Source of the DNA: Octopus vulgaris
Lineage: Eukaryota
DNA: 64,000 nucleotides
Assembly (NCBI GenBank): GCA_951406725.2
Contig: OX597815.1
Location: 165,912,001-165,976,000, forward strand
Direction: 5' to 3'
Positions 39,368 to 52,073 of this stretch are shown one piece after another (within the stretch, counting starts at the first letter, position 1; each line of letters begins with the position of its first letter). Both the position numbers and the translations under genes were made by a program. The notes beneath the pieces were generated by a model. It made no database searches. It had not been told where the DNA came from and worked only from the letters and a program-made list of their open reading frames with translations.

Positions 39368-39967
39368 TATTCTTTCCTACTCTAGGCACAAGGCCCGAAA
39401 TTTTTGTAGAAGGGGCCAACCAATTAGATCGACTCCAGTATGCAACTGGTACTTAATTTATTGACCCCAAAAGGATGAAAGGCAAAGTTGACCTCAGTGG
39501 AATTTGAACTCAGAACGTAAAGACAGACATTTTGCCTGGTGTGCCAGCTCGCTGCCTTATAGTAGTGACTATATTAAAGCAGAAACATTAGCATGCTGGG
39601 CGAAATACTTAGTGGTATTTTGTCTGTCTTTATGTTCTGAGTTCAAATTCAACCGAGGTTGACTTTGCCTTTCATCCTTTCGGGGTCGATTAAATAAGTA
39701 CCACTTATGCACTGGGGTCGATATAATTGACTTAAACCATTTGTCTGTCCTTGTTTGTCCCCTCTGTGTTTAGCCCCTTTTGGGTAGTAAAGAAATGGGT
39801 ATTTTGTCTGTCTTTATGTTCTGAGTTCAAATTCCGCCGAGGTTGATTTTGCCTTTCATCCTTTTGGGATCAATAAATTAAATACCAGTTGCATGCTGGG
39901 GCTGATCTAATCTACTGGCCCCTCCCCCAAAATTTCAGGCCTTGTGCCTAGAGTAGAAAAGAATATA
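39368..39967. mobile_element. head-to-head SINE C copies (minus 39368-39557, plus dimer 39577-39967)
   Basis: Shared variant tail GGCCTTGTGCCTAGAGTAG at both outer ends. Confidence 0.8.
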
Positions 39968-39984
39968 GTTACTACTGTAATTAG

Positions 39985-41050
39985 TAACCATGGTTACCAC
40001 CACTACCACCACCATCTCCAGGTTTATTATAACATTTAACCACTATCAGCAATACTACACCATAGTTACATTATCTCTGCCACCACCACCACCACCACCA
40101 CCATCACTATCATCAACTACTACTACCCACACTTTACTATAGATACACTATATTATACTGCCATCACCACTGCTACCGCCATCCTCATCACCATATCTAT
40201 TGCCACCACCATCATCACCAGCACCACCACTGCCACCACTGTCACCACCACCGTCACCACAATCACCACTCACTACTACCACCATTACCAGCACCACTAT
40301 AGCTACTGTTACACTTAGCCACTACAACTAACACTAACTACACCACTGACATTATTTCTACTACACCACCAGTATTACTACCACTGCAGTCACCACCACT
40401 ACTATCACTTTCACCACCACCACTGCCACAAGCCCTTCTATTCTTCCCCCACCCCACACCACATCGCTACTGCCCCCACTACTGCAACATAGACTACCTC
40501 ACATTTTACACTACCGCCACCACCAGACTACCAGCACCACTAGATAATCATACTAGCACCAACACTACAACCACAGTTACTCTCTCTCTCACCACCACTG
40601 TGCACAGTCTATGCCACCTTCTAGCTCTGTCTACCTTCCTTGGTTTAAAAGCTTTGAAACAGCAACAATCCCTCTCTCTCTTACACCCTGTCTCTCTCTC
40701 TCCCTTACCCCCTGTCTCTTTCTCTCTCTCTTACCCTCCCCATCTCTCTCTCTCTCTCCCCACCGGCTCTCTCTCTCTCCCTTACCCCCTGTCTCTTTCT
40801 CTCTCTCTCTCTTACCCCCATCTCTCTCTCTCTCTTACATCCTGTCTCTCTCTTACCCCCTTACCCCCTCTCGCTGTCTCTTTCTCTCTCTCTCTTACCC
40901 TCCCATCCCTCTCTCTTACACCCTGTCTCTCTCTCTCTCCCTTACCCCCTGTCTCTTTCTCTCTCTCTTACACCCTGTCTCTCTCTCTCTCTCTCTCTCT
41001 CTTACACCCTGTCTCTCTCTCTCTCTCTTACCCCCAGTCTCTCTCTCTCT
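39985..41050. repeat. degenerate (CAC/CTA)n tract followed by a (CT)n-TTACACCCTG minisatellite
   Basis: Directly visible. Confidence 0.85.
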
Positions 41051-42814
41051 GTGCTCCTTCTTAACCTTCCTCCCCATCCCACCCACTTTCACACTGATGC
41101 TACACCTCCCACTCACTCATCTACCTATGACTTCCTCCCTCCCTCCCTCCTCCCTTTTTCCTTCCTACCCAAAATATTCGCCTCTCCCCCTCCCTCCACT
41201 CACCCACCTTCTCATTGCCTTTTTCCATATGGGATCAGTGGGTCAACTTAAAATAGCAGAACATAAGGCATCACATGCTCCACATTCCTGGTAAGGAGAA
41301 GATGTATGGGGGTGGGGAGCAGTAGGGGAGGGAACCAGGGGGTGCTAAGGGCTGGTACTAGTGTTGGATGTGGGGTGGTAGAAACAGTAGCAGTGATGGT
41401 GATGGTGTCGGTGGTGATAAGGATGATGGTGGTGTTAATGATGATGGTGGTGTTGGTGATGGTAGTGATGTGGTGGTGGTGGTGGTGGTGGTAGTAGAAA
41501 TTGTGGGGGTGAAGGTGTTGTTGGTGATAATGGTGATGGTGGTGTAGGTGATGATGGTGGTGGTGGTGGCGGCGGCAGAGTGCTATTGGCAGAAAGATGA
41601 GGGGGGAGAAAGACCCATCATCAGATTGATTTAGGGTGGGGAAGGTGGGGTGGTGTATGAGTGTGTGTGTGAGAAGGTTGCAGGGTAGCCCTGTTCATGC
41701 AGAAGGGAAGGGCTGGCAAGCTGAAGTAGAGTAGGGTATGTGTACATATATGTATTATATATATATATATGTATTATATATATATATATATATACACACA
41801 TACACACACACACACACACACTCACACACACACACACACACACACACAGTGATTATGTGTGTATTAGTGCATGAGAGAGAGAGAGAGAGAGAGTGAGTGA
41901 GGGCAGCCCTTTCCATGAAAGGGTTGGTGATTGGGTGAAAAAGTCTAAGTGTAAAGTAGATATCAAGGGGTAAGGGAATATGAGAGGGGAGGGCAGACAT
42001 ATAAACTGTGGAGAAACTGAAGACAGTGGTGGCAGGGCCAGGTGATGGTGGAGATAGTTGTGGTGGTGGTGGTGGTGCCGGCGGGGAGGGGTAGGTGTAG
42101 TTCTTAGGGTTAGGGTTTAGGATGATAGAGATTGTGAATGGTATTGTGGGAGGAATTTAAAGCTGTGCTATGGTGGTAGAGAGATTGTGGTAGCAGAGAT
42201 TGTGAATGGTATAGTTGGTGGGTGGATGGGTGGGGAGGGAATTAAAGGTTGTAGAAGAGACAATGAAGTGAATGTGGTAGTGGTGGTGGTGGGTGGAGGA
42301 GTGTATCAGACAAAATTGCTTTGAGGCATTTCTTCAGGCACTTTATATCCTGGGGGGTTCTGTGTTCAAGTCCCACTGAGGTCAGCTTTGCTTTTTATCT
42401 CTTCTGGGTGTCAATAAAATAAAGTACCAGTCATATACTGGAGTTGATATAACTGACTATCTCCTCCCCTCAAAACTAATGATTTTGTGCCAAAATTAGG
42501 AATGGTTATTATTATTGCCTTTCATCCCTTCAGGGTAGATAAATTAAGTACCAGTTATGCACTGGGGTCGATGTATTAGGGTTAATCCCTTTGTCCGTCC
42601 TTGTTTGTCCCCTCTATGTTTAGCCCCTTGTGGGCAATAAAGAAATAATTATTATTGTTTTTAAAACTAAGGCTGCAAGCTGGCAGAATTGTTAGTATGC
42701 CAGGCAAAATGCTTGGCTGTGCCGCTGAGGTCAGTTTTGCCATTAATCCTTTCGGGGGGGGGGGGGGGTTGGAGTCAATGAAATAAGTACCAGTTGAGCA
42801 TTGGAGTCAATATG

Positions 42815-43120
42815 TGGAGGCACATGGCCTAGTGGTTAGAGCAGCGGACTCGTGGTCGAGGGATCGCGGGTTCGAATCTCAGACCGGATGATATGTGTAT
42901 TTATGAGCGAAACACCTAAGCTCCATGCGGCTCTGGCAGAAGGTAATGGCGAAACTTCTGCTGACTCTTTCGCCACAACTTTCTCTCACTCTTTCCTCCT
43001 GAATCTTGCAGCTCACCTGTGATGGACCGGTGTCCCGTCCAGGTGGAGAACCTATACGCCAAGAAACCGGGAAACCGGCCCTTATAAGCCAGGCATGACT
43101 CAAGAAGGAACAAACAACAA
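42815..43120 (+). mobile_element. SINE D2 nested in an old SINE C
   Basis: tRNA head GGCCTAGTGGTTAGAGC..GGTTCGAATCTC; (AAC)n/A tail; TTGG(A/G)GTCAAT on both sides. Confidence 0.85.
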
Positions 43121-43469
43121 AAAAAAAATTGGGGTCAATGTAGTCAACTTACTCCCCACCTTCCCTGAACTTACTGGCCTTGTGCCAAAATTTGAAATGA
43201 CTATTATTTTTAAAGCTCTCGTCAACTTTTTTAAGTTCTGCTTGGAAAGGAAAGTGAAAGTAGAGAGGAAAGTGCTGCCTCCCAGTGAATTTGTGGAAAG
43301 ATGGGTGACCGTGACAAAAATGGTTAGAGTGAATGGCCCCACTCTCAGAATGCTCCTATTGATTGGAGAGCAGGTGGGAGGGCTCATACCTTTTGTGGAT
43401 CAGTGGTGGGGTTCCTTGATTGACCCTAGTTGGAGTTTCTCGTTTCAAGGGGACTGCATCATTCTGGTG

Positions 43470-44485
43470 ACACTGTCATACCTTTTTTTATATATTCTCT
43501 CCAGATTAATTTGCAGCATTTGCTTAAAAATATGTCACACTGTCTCTCCAGTTTCACCACACATTCTGCATTTATCTGTTTCTACTGCATGATCAATTCT
43601 ATGGGTGATGTAGTTAGTTCTTAATGTTTGTTGGTATGCTGCACATACCAAGCCCTCTGTTTCTGTTCCTTGTAGCTATTTTGTAACCAAAGCCATCTTT
43701 TACCTTGGTCTGCATCCTTTGATAGATCTTTCAAGAACTGATCGTGCATCTTCTTATCCTCCCAGTTACTTTCCCCTCTTTGCTTCTGTCTTTATTTTGT
43801 AATTCATCCTGTCTTGACTGTTTTCCATATGTGATAGGGCAGCTTTCTTTATTTTATTTTTACTGGTAATGCTTCTTTTGTATTCTTTATACAACAAACA
43901 GTATTGTTTACCTTGGTCTGAAAACAATCCTCACAACTTTTCAATCCCTGCCTTCTTTTCTTTCTCATAAGGTATAGCCTGTTAACATCACTTTATGAGT
44001 GGAAGGGTGGAACACACCATATTTTGTCAGTAATTTAATTGTTTTCTTATCTAAGGATTGTAGTTTCTCTGTTCACTATTGTAGTACTTCTACTCCATAA
44101 CTCAAGAGAATAAGTGCCCATGAATTTTTTTCTTGGAACTTCTCCCTCCTATTCAATTTAATCTTCAAAATCAAACTTAGCCTTCTGTAATATTCCTGAG
44201 AGAATATCTTTTTCATTTGGCTTTCCATCAGTTTGTCAACTTCTAAAATGCCCAGATACTTGCATCCATCCTTATCTATTCTTTTTACTACCTCTCCTGT
44301 GGGCAACTTTTCGCCAGCCTCTTGTTGGACTTTACCACTTTTTAGAATCAACATTCCAAACTTTTTCTGTCCAAATTCCATTTTGATATCTGTGCTGAAG
44401 CAATGCACTGTTTGAATCATTGAATTCAGCTGATTTTCATCTTATCCATAGAGTTTTAGGTCATCCATAAAATCAAAATGATTGA
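43470..44485 (-). mobile_element. R4/Dong-like non-LTR retrotransposon remnant (RT plus zinc knuckle)
   Basis: FMDDLKLY..IKMEFGQKK..KYLGILE..EYYRRLSLILKIKLN; TETEGLVCAAYQQTLRTN..CRMCGETGETV*H. Confidence 0.8.
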
Positions 44486-44532
44486 ACTTATCTTTTCTTT
44501 CTTTGAACTTCAAATAGACATTTTTTTTTTCT

Positions 44533-44900
44533 GGCACTCCGTCGGTTATGACGACAAGGGTTCCTGTTGATCCGATCAACGGAACAGCCTGCTCGTGAAA
44601 TTAACGTGCAAGTGGCTGAGCACTGCACAGACATGTGTACCCTTAACGTAGTTCTTGGGGAGATTGAGCATGACACAGTGTGACAAGGCTGACCCTTTGA
44701 AATACAGGTACAAGAGAAACAGGAAGAAGGAGTGAGAGAAAGTTGTGGTGAAAGATTACAGCAGGGTTTGCCACCACCCCCTGCCAGAGCCTTGTGGAGC
44801 TTTAGGTGTTTTCGCTCAATAAACACTCACAACGCCCAGTCTGGGAATCGAAATCGTGATCCTACGACTGCAAGTCCGCTGCCTTAACCACTGGGCCTCC
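44533..44900 (-). mobile_element. SINE D
   Basis: Matches 16310-16690. Confidence 0.85.
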
Positions 44901-44919
44901 ACAATAGCCTCCACAATAG

Positions 44920-45018
44920 CATAGCACATAGGTAACCAACTAGACATAGCACATAGTTAACCAACTAGACATAGCACATAGGTAACCAACTAGACATGGC
45001 ACATAGGTAACCAACTAA
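44920..45018. repeat. 25-bp minisatellite, about 4 units
   Basis: CATAGCACATAGGTAACCAACTAGA repeated. Confidence 0.9.
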
Positions 45019-45261
45019 ATAACTAGATGTGATCTACAGACTCACAGATCCAGATCTGTTGCTCTTCTCTCTGATTGAGGTCCACACTGAACAAAATTAT
45101 GTGCAGTGATGGTTGTTATTGTTGAATCCTAGGGCAACCCTGATCAAGCAGACATTTCAGGTTGTGACCAATGTTGTCTTGTTTTAGAACTATGTAAGAC
45201 TACCTTAATGGAATGAGATGACTTGGTGTGGTTATTTGCTGGTGATTTGGCATGACTAACA

Positions 45262-45782
45262 TCATCATCATTGTTTAACATCTGCTTTTCATGCTGGCAT
45301 GGGTTGGATGGTTTAACAGGAGCTGACTGGCTTGAAGGGCTGTTCAGGCTCCCTATTTGTTTTGGCATAGTTTCTATGGCTTTGTAATTTAACATCCGCT
45401 TTCCATGCTGGCCTGTGTTGGATGGTTTGACATGGAGCTGGCTAGCAGGTAGCTATCCAGACTCCAGCTGTCTGTTGAAGCATGGTTTCTACAGCTGGGT
45501 GCTTTTTATGTGCCACTAGCATGGATGCATCAATGCAGCACAGGCACAGGAGCTTTTTAAGTGGCACTGGCACCTGAAAGGACAAGCCTGTATGCATGGA
45601 AGACTGCAATTCTGCTTAGCTTGACGTGTCTTATCAAGTACTGCAAATCACCACATCTCCCAGTCCCTTGTTTTCCTCAATGAAGCCCAGCATCTGAAGA
45701 TCTTTTCTCACCACTTCGTCCCACATCTTCCTAGGTTTGCCCCTTTCCACAGGTACCCTCCACAATTAGAACTCAGCACTTC
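45262..45782 (-). mobile_element. RTE LINE 3' remnants
   Basis: IVEGTCGK..PRKMWDEVVRKDLQML plus RTE 3' UTR and (GAT)n. Confidence 0.75.
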
Positions 45783-46149
45783 TGGTGACAGTAATTTTTG
45801 GCAGTACTCGGAAATTTGGCTGACAGACAGTTGGCCAACAGACAGGCTATGGAAGAGGTCGACTAGAATAAAATGTAATCAAAGGGGTCCAAAGATTAAA
45901 AAAATGGTCAAGAACCCCTGCTGAAAAGTAATTTGCAGAGACAAGTTTGAACAAAGCTCTTGGGTACTTTGTCAAACAGATCTATGCCCAAAGGGCCCAT
46001 GATTGTCCTGTCCTTTTCTTAAGTTTGTTTTTCAGAGGGTCTTCATTCAGACCCTATTATATTATATTACATTATACTATATTATCAGATGTATTCTTAA
46101 AAATGCATCACGTGATGAAGGTTATTTGGTTGTTATTTCTTGTATAGTC

Positions 46150-46530
46150 AGTGACTGCAGAGAGGATAACTTGTTGGTTCATGTTATAGTAGTTTTCTGG
46201 AGTGTGTTTTTATATGTTTGAAGGGGACTGTAAACATAAAATGGCATAGTTTTTAGTGGTTGGGTAGTCCTTTGTATCTGCACCTCAGTATCCAAGTGAT
46301 CTGTGGGTGTGGTTTATACACAACCTTTGATAATGCAAAAACACTCTGTTTTGTGTTCTTTGTTATTTGTTTCAAGAGAGATTTGGAGAGCCTAAGTAGG
46401 ACTGACATAATCCATGATGGATTGAATGTATTGTTTGTAGATTAACATTGCTATTTCTTTGCTTTGGCTAAATGTCAGATCTATGAGTGTTGTGTTTTTG
46501 TGTTGATTTCCCTTCTTTACTATAACTGTG
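46150..46530 (-). mobile_element. I-group/Jockey-like LINE RT-thumb remnant
   Basis: TFSQSKEIAMLIYKQYIQSIMDYVSPT*..QRTQNR..GC..TTPTDHL; partial second copy at 46805-46890. Confidence 0.6.
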
Positions 46531-46569
46531 TACTCCAGAGGTACATGGCCTAGTGGTTATGGCATTAAG

Positions 46570-46773
46570 GCGGCGAGCTGGCAGAAACGTTAGCACGTCG
46601 GGCGAAATGCTTAGCGGTATTTCGTCTGCCATTACGTTGTGAGTTCAAATTCCGCTGGGGGTCGATAAATTAAGTACCAGTTACACACTGGGGTCGATGT
46701 AATCGACTTAATACCTATGTCTGTCCTTGTTTGTCCCTTCTATGTTTAGCCCCTTATGGGTAATAAAGAAATG
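46570..46773 (+). mobile_element. SINE C with internal deletion
   Basis: 15-bp TSD GGTTATGGCATTAAG at 46555-46569 and 46774-46788. Confidence 0.85.
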
Positions 46774-47547
46774 GGTTATGGCATTAAGCTGACAATCATT
46801 AGGTGCTGGGATTGAATGTACTGTTTGTACATGAACATTGCTATTCCTCTGTATCGGCCAGATGCCATGCCTATGTGTGTCCTGTTCTGCAGCTCTTTAC
46901 TCTGAAAGTGCATGGTCTTCTCACTAGAGTGTTGAACTGATGATTTCGAGATCATGGATTTGATTTCTGGACCAGGCATTGCATTGTGTCCTTCAACAAG
47001 GCACTTCTTTTTGCATACACACATGTATACATGTGGTATGTCACAGACATACATGTATATGCATATGTATATGTGTATTTCTGTGTTGGCAAGTAACAAG
47101 AAGCATCTTTAGCTGAAGGTACATTCCCTATTAAACATCTAGAAACAAAGACCACCACTTCTCTTTCATAGTATGTCTAGAGGCTTTGAGATGAAGACAC
47201 CACAAAATTTAAAACGCTGTGGTTAGAGGTCAGATTCTCCAAATCACACTCCCAAGATCTGGATCATGTTGCTTGTGCATCTGTGAAAAATCCTTCATAA
47301 TAATGTTCTCTCTTATTAACAAACTTATTTCGAAATAGTGTCACCAAAACAAGCCAATTCTGCAAACTTAAGGAGTTGAGGAAATGCTGAATATATGAAC
47401 AGGTTTTGAGGCATGGAGCCAAACAGTATTTGTGGAACAGTTAAACACTATTTTTTTTCATACTTCATCTAGTTTGTTTGTTTGTGATATCAAGAATGTT
47501 TGGGCCTATGTGATAGTGCTTCACTTGGAGTTTTTATTGGGCTTTAA

Positions 47548-47767
47548 CCCTTTCGTTACCAACCCGGCTGAAACCGGCTCTGGCTCTGAGTACAAATGTC
47601 TTGTTTTCATAAGTTTTGAATTAAAATCTTCCACCAAACCTTAGTCACAATTTATGTTCCTAATACTAGCTGAATAATAACTAAGTTATTTTACTAAATT
47701 CTTTGTTATATTTAAAATAATTGAAAGAAACACAGAGCATCTTAAAAGAAATATAGTAACGAAAGGG
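47548..47767 (+). mobile_element. piggyBac-like MITE G with perfect TIR, abutting a MITE F end at a shared TTAA
   Basis: TTAA|CCCTTTCGTTAC...GTAACGAAAGGG|TTAA. Confidence 0.9.
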
Positions 47768-47847
47768 TTAACCCTCTAGCTTTCAGATTACTCTGTCAAA
47801 AGTAATGCTTATTTATTCATATTATTTCGAGTTAATCATTCATAAAC

Positions 47848-48291
47848 AAGTGCCAGTTACTTAAAGTGGAAGGAAGTTGTTGAAGATGGAAACCCAGGGA
47901 GACATGGGATGAAGTATTGAAGGCTGATCTCAAAACACTGAACCTTATGAAGGTGATGACAGAGGGCCGAGGTATGTGGTGAATTGCTGTACTTGAGAAG
48001 ACCTGCCCACCACAACAAGATTGAAATACTAAAACCAAGGTGCCATGTAAAAAGTATTGGTGTTAGTGCTGGTGCGACGTAAAAAGCATTGGTGATGGTG
48101 CCATGTAAAAAGCACACAGTAAACTCTGTGGAGTGGTTGGCATTAAGAAAGGTATCCAGCCATAGCAACCAAACCAAAACAGACTATGGAACCTGATGCA
48201 GCCTCTGGCTTTGCCTGTCGAGTTGCCCAACCCATGCCAGCATGGAGGAAACAGATGTTAAATGTTGATAATGATGATGATGATGATGATT
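47848..48291 (+). mobile_element. RTE LINE 3' remnant
   Basis: KCQLLKVEGSC*RWKPRETWDEVLKADL; 3' UTR; (GAT)n. Confidence 0.75.
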
Positions 48292-48296
48292 ATATA

Positions 48297-48425
48297 CATT
48301 GCGACCCAGGATCCTGTCCACTTGACCAACAGTGTATGACTAAATCTATCATATATGAGGCAGAAGTTACTGCAACCCTAAATAATTATAAAACTGATAA
48401 GAAGACCTATACTGGATTATATTGG
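48297..48425 (+). mobile_element. Penelope-like element GIY-YIG endonuclease fragment
   Basis: CDPGSCPLDQQCMTKSIIYEAEVT..KKTYTGL matches the PLE pattern CPLxxxCxxxxIIYxAxV..YIG. Confidence 0.65.
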
Positions 48426-48550
48426 AGTTTTTTCAACTTATGAAACTATTAGTAGTGCTTTAATACATGTATTGTGACCTTTAAATACATAATATTTATC
48501 TCTCACCAGATGGAGCACTTTTTTTGTTGAATTCTCTATCACGGATCAGT

Positions 48551-48599
<49 letters not shown>

Positions 48600-48717
48600 T
48601 ATTATATATATATATATAATTAATCCAAACATGAAAACACAAAGAGAAAACACAACGTGAGGATATGGAACAAGTATAGTGTTATTGGATGCTCAGGAAA
48701 GGAAAGAAAGAAGGAGG

Positions 48718-48752
48718 ATTTAATGTTTCGAGCGGAGCTCTTCATCAGAAAT
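48718..48752 (-). ncRNA. minimal type-I hammerhead motif in a ~200-bp element (48620-48830)
   Basis: AUUU-CUGAUGA-A-GAGC(UCC)GCUC-GAA-ACAU-U-AAAU. Confidence 0.65.
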
Positions 48753-49094
48753 ATAGGAAAAGGAAAGATCCAAGGAAGGGAAGACGGAGGAAAAAAATTG
48801 CCAACGGTACACACGCAGTCACATTTTGTGTGTGTGTATATATATATATACATACACACACACATATACATGCACCTACACTCATAATGGGCTTCCACAC
48901 ACACATGCTTTTGATGGGCTTCTTTCAGTTTCTGCATATGAAATCCATTTGCAAGGCTTTGGTCAGCCCAAGGTCATAGTAGAAGACATTCATACCAGCT
49001 GCCATGCTGCAGGACTAAAACCCGAGATCTATTTCTATGTCTGTGATTTATTAGGCTTTTGAGTTTCCAGGATTTCTAATAACTTTTCTAGTCA

Positions 49095-49395
49095 AGGCAT
49101 GTGGCTATGTGATTAGGGTATTTGGCCTGGGATTGTAAGGTTGTGAGTTTGATACCTGGTGGGGCATTGTTTTCTTAAGCAAGACTCTTTATTTCATTTT
49201 GCTCTGTTTCAATCAGCTGCCAAAAATAAAAGGGGCCAGCCTTGTCACTTCATGTGTCATACTGAATCTCCCTGAGTACTACATTAGGGTTACACGTGTG
49301 TCTGTGGAGTGCTCAGCCACTTATATGTTAATTCCATGAGCAGGCTTTTCTATTGACCAGATCGACTGGACCCCTCATAACTGACGGAATGCCAG
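49095..49395 (+). mobile_element. SINE with H head and D tail
   Basis: TCTTAAGCAAGACTCTT then GGGCCAGCCTTGTCAC..TCTGTGGAGTGCTCAGCCAC. Confidence 0.65.
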
Positions 49396-49936
49396 GGCAC
49401 CTCCATGAATAGCTTTTCTAGTAGTTGATGGAAAGAAGGGATCAAAATTATGTAGTTTCACAATGTTCCTAGTGCACCACGGTCAAAGAACTTGTTTGTA
49501 TTGTAAGTTGTAACTAGGTGTGTTGTGAAATATATTCAATTTTAAGAAATTATGAACTGAAATCATAAATATAAAAGTCTTGCTATAACACAAAATAAAC
49601 AATAAAAGTGTCAACCGAACTAAACTTCGTGGGAGGTAAGAGAGTGCTTTATGCTTCTAATTCATTCTACGGTCATTTGGGTACAGAATGTAAAAACAGA
49701 AAATGAAAAATAAAAAGAATTTTAGTTTGGTAATTTGTGTATTTTTTTTTTAATTTCTTGTTTAAATCATTGAACTGCAGCCATGTTGGAACACTGCCTT
49801 GAAGGGATTTAGTTAAACAAATTTATCCTACTGCTTTTTTAGAGTCTTATACTTATTATATTGGCCTCTTTGCTGAACTGCTAAGTTATAGGGGATGTAA
49901 ACAAACCAACATTCATTGTTAAGCAGTGGGGGAGAT

Positions 49937-49983
<47 letters not shown>

Positions 49984-49984
<1 letters not shown>

Positions 49985-50917
49985 ACAAGGTACATCCAAT
50001 ACATATCAGACTGTATTTTTCCCTGTGAAAATTAATGTTGCATGGGGAAAATTCTTTTGTGTGGGAGGTGATGCCACCCTTCCTGCACACCCATGAAACT
50101 TTCTGTGCCGGTGGGCCATGACAGTTCCTGACTTTCACACCTATAGTACTGACGTGTAATGCGCTCTCGTTGGATTTTCGTTTCCATGGAAGATGGCTGA
50201 ATGCATTGAGCAGAGATATTGCATCAAGTTTTGCCAAAAGCTTGGTGATACACAAGCTCAAACCATCCAAAAGATTCAGCAGGCCTTTGGCAATGATGCC
50301 ATAGGTAAAACTCAGATGAAGGAGTGGTTCAATTACTTCAAAAATGGCTACACCTCAGTGGTCAGTGAAGCACTCTCAAGTAGGCCATCCACAAGTCAAA
50401 ATGAGGGACCAATTGAAAGGGTTGGGCAAATAGCCGTGGAGGATTGTTGTGTAATAATCCAGGAAAGTGAGAATGAGGACAGGATCAGTGCATTCCATTT
50501 TAAAAGCGGGCTTGTGCATGCGGAGAGTGTCGGCAAACAAATAAAGTTGGATACTCTTTGAATGCCCCTTGTAATTCTAATTTCCCTTGTCAAGAACAAT
50601 ATACCACTTTTTTGATAGGCTCCTGACTCTCCCGACTTGGTACTGTGTGACTTTTGGCTCTTCCTTAAGCAGAAAACCATGCTGAAAGGGAAACAGTTTG
50701 TGTCATAAGAGGATATTATGAGCAAAATGGCAGTGGAGCTCCATAGCATTCCAGAGAAGGCTTTCCAGAGGTCTTACCAACAGTTGTAGAACCTCTGGGA
50801 GAAGTGCGGGAACTCTCAAGGGAAACATTTTCAAGCTGATTAAATAGAATTTGTGAAATGTACAAACTTGTTTTTTGTACGCCCAAAGGTTGGCTACTTT
50901 TTTGAACACACCTACTA
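49984..50917 (+). mobile_element. degenerate, internally deleted mariner element
   Basis: EQRYCIKFC..QQAFGNDA..EWFNYFKNG..RPSTS; SPDL..CDFWLF..LKGKQF; right TIR-like GCTACTTTTTGAACACACCT. Confidence 0.85.
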
Positions 50918-50919
50918 TA

Positions 50920-51128
50920 CTCTTTTACTCTTTTACTTGTTTCAGTCATTTGACTGTGGCCATGCCGGAGCATTGCCTTTAGTCGAGCAAATCGACCCCA
51001 GGACTTATTCTTTGTAAGCCTAGTACTTATTCTATTGGTCTCATTTGCCGAACCGCTAAGTTATGGGGACGTAAACACACCAACATCGGTTGTCAAGCTA
51101 TGTTGGGGGGACAAACACAGACACAAAC

Positions 51129-51163
<35 letters not shown>

Positions 51164-51336
51164 CATATACACGATGGGCTTCTTTCAGTTTCCGTCTACC
51201 AAATCCACTCACAAGGCTTTGGTCGGCCTGAGGCTATATTAGAAGACACTTGCCCAAGGTGCCACGCAGTGGGACTGAACCCGGAACTGTGTGGTTCGTA
51301 AGCAAGCTACTTACCACACAGCCACTCCTACGCCTA
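50920..51336 (-). mobile_element. SINE A, full length
   Basis: Reverse-complement consensus match. Confidence 0.9.
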
Positions 51337-51541
51337 CATAAATACACATACATACATACATACATGTGGCTTTGTGGTTAAGGTATTTGGTTCATGGTCA
51401 TAAGCTTGTGAGTTCAACTTTTGACTGTGCATTGCATTCTTAAGCAAGACACTTTATTTCACATTGCTCCAGTCCACTCAGTTGACAAAATTGGATAGTA
51501 TAATTCAAAGGACCAGTGAGCCCTCAATGTAGTTCATGGGG

Positions 51542-51580
51542 AGATTCAGTGTAACACATAATGTGACAAGGATGGCCCTT

Positions 51581-51618
<38 letters not shown>

Positions 51619-51657
51619 AAGGGCCATCCTTGTCACATTATGTGTTACACTGAATCT
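51542..51657. repeat. perfect 116-bp palindrome centred on (TA)13
   Basis: 45-bp arms are exact reverse complements. Confidence 0.95.
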
Positions 51658-52021
51658 ATATATATATATATACACACATATACATGCACCTACACACATA
51701 ATGGGCTTCCACACACACATGCTTTTGATGGGCTTCTTTCAGTTTCTGCATATGAAATCCACTTGCAAGGCTTTGGTCAGCCCAAGGTCATAGTCGAAGA
51801 CATTCATACCAGCTGCCATGCTGCTGGACTAAAACCCTTAGGGTATTAGTTACTACTCATTTTTATATAGTTATTACTCATTTTTTTTTTTTTTTGCTAC
51901 CTGAGTGGAAAGTACGTAGTGCATTATGTCCTTGAGCAAGGCACTTTATTTCATATTGTTCCAGTCTACAGATGGGATGGGCAAACACAGAAACTTACAC
52001 ATGGACACCTACATGCAGTCT

Positions 52022-52073
<52 letters not shown>

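Noticed and set aside
40600-41294. Leu/Ser/Pro-rich ORFs (also 8.3 kb and 53.8-55.3 kb)
   Set aside because: CT-rich low-complexity DNA
42104-42121. Telomeric TTAGGG repeats
   Set aside because: Only about 2.5 units within G/T-rich sequence
44920-45018. CRISPR-like array
   Set aside because: No spacers; eukaryotic minisatellite
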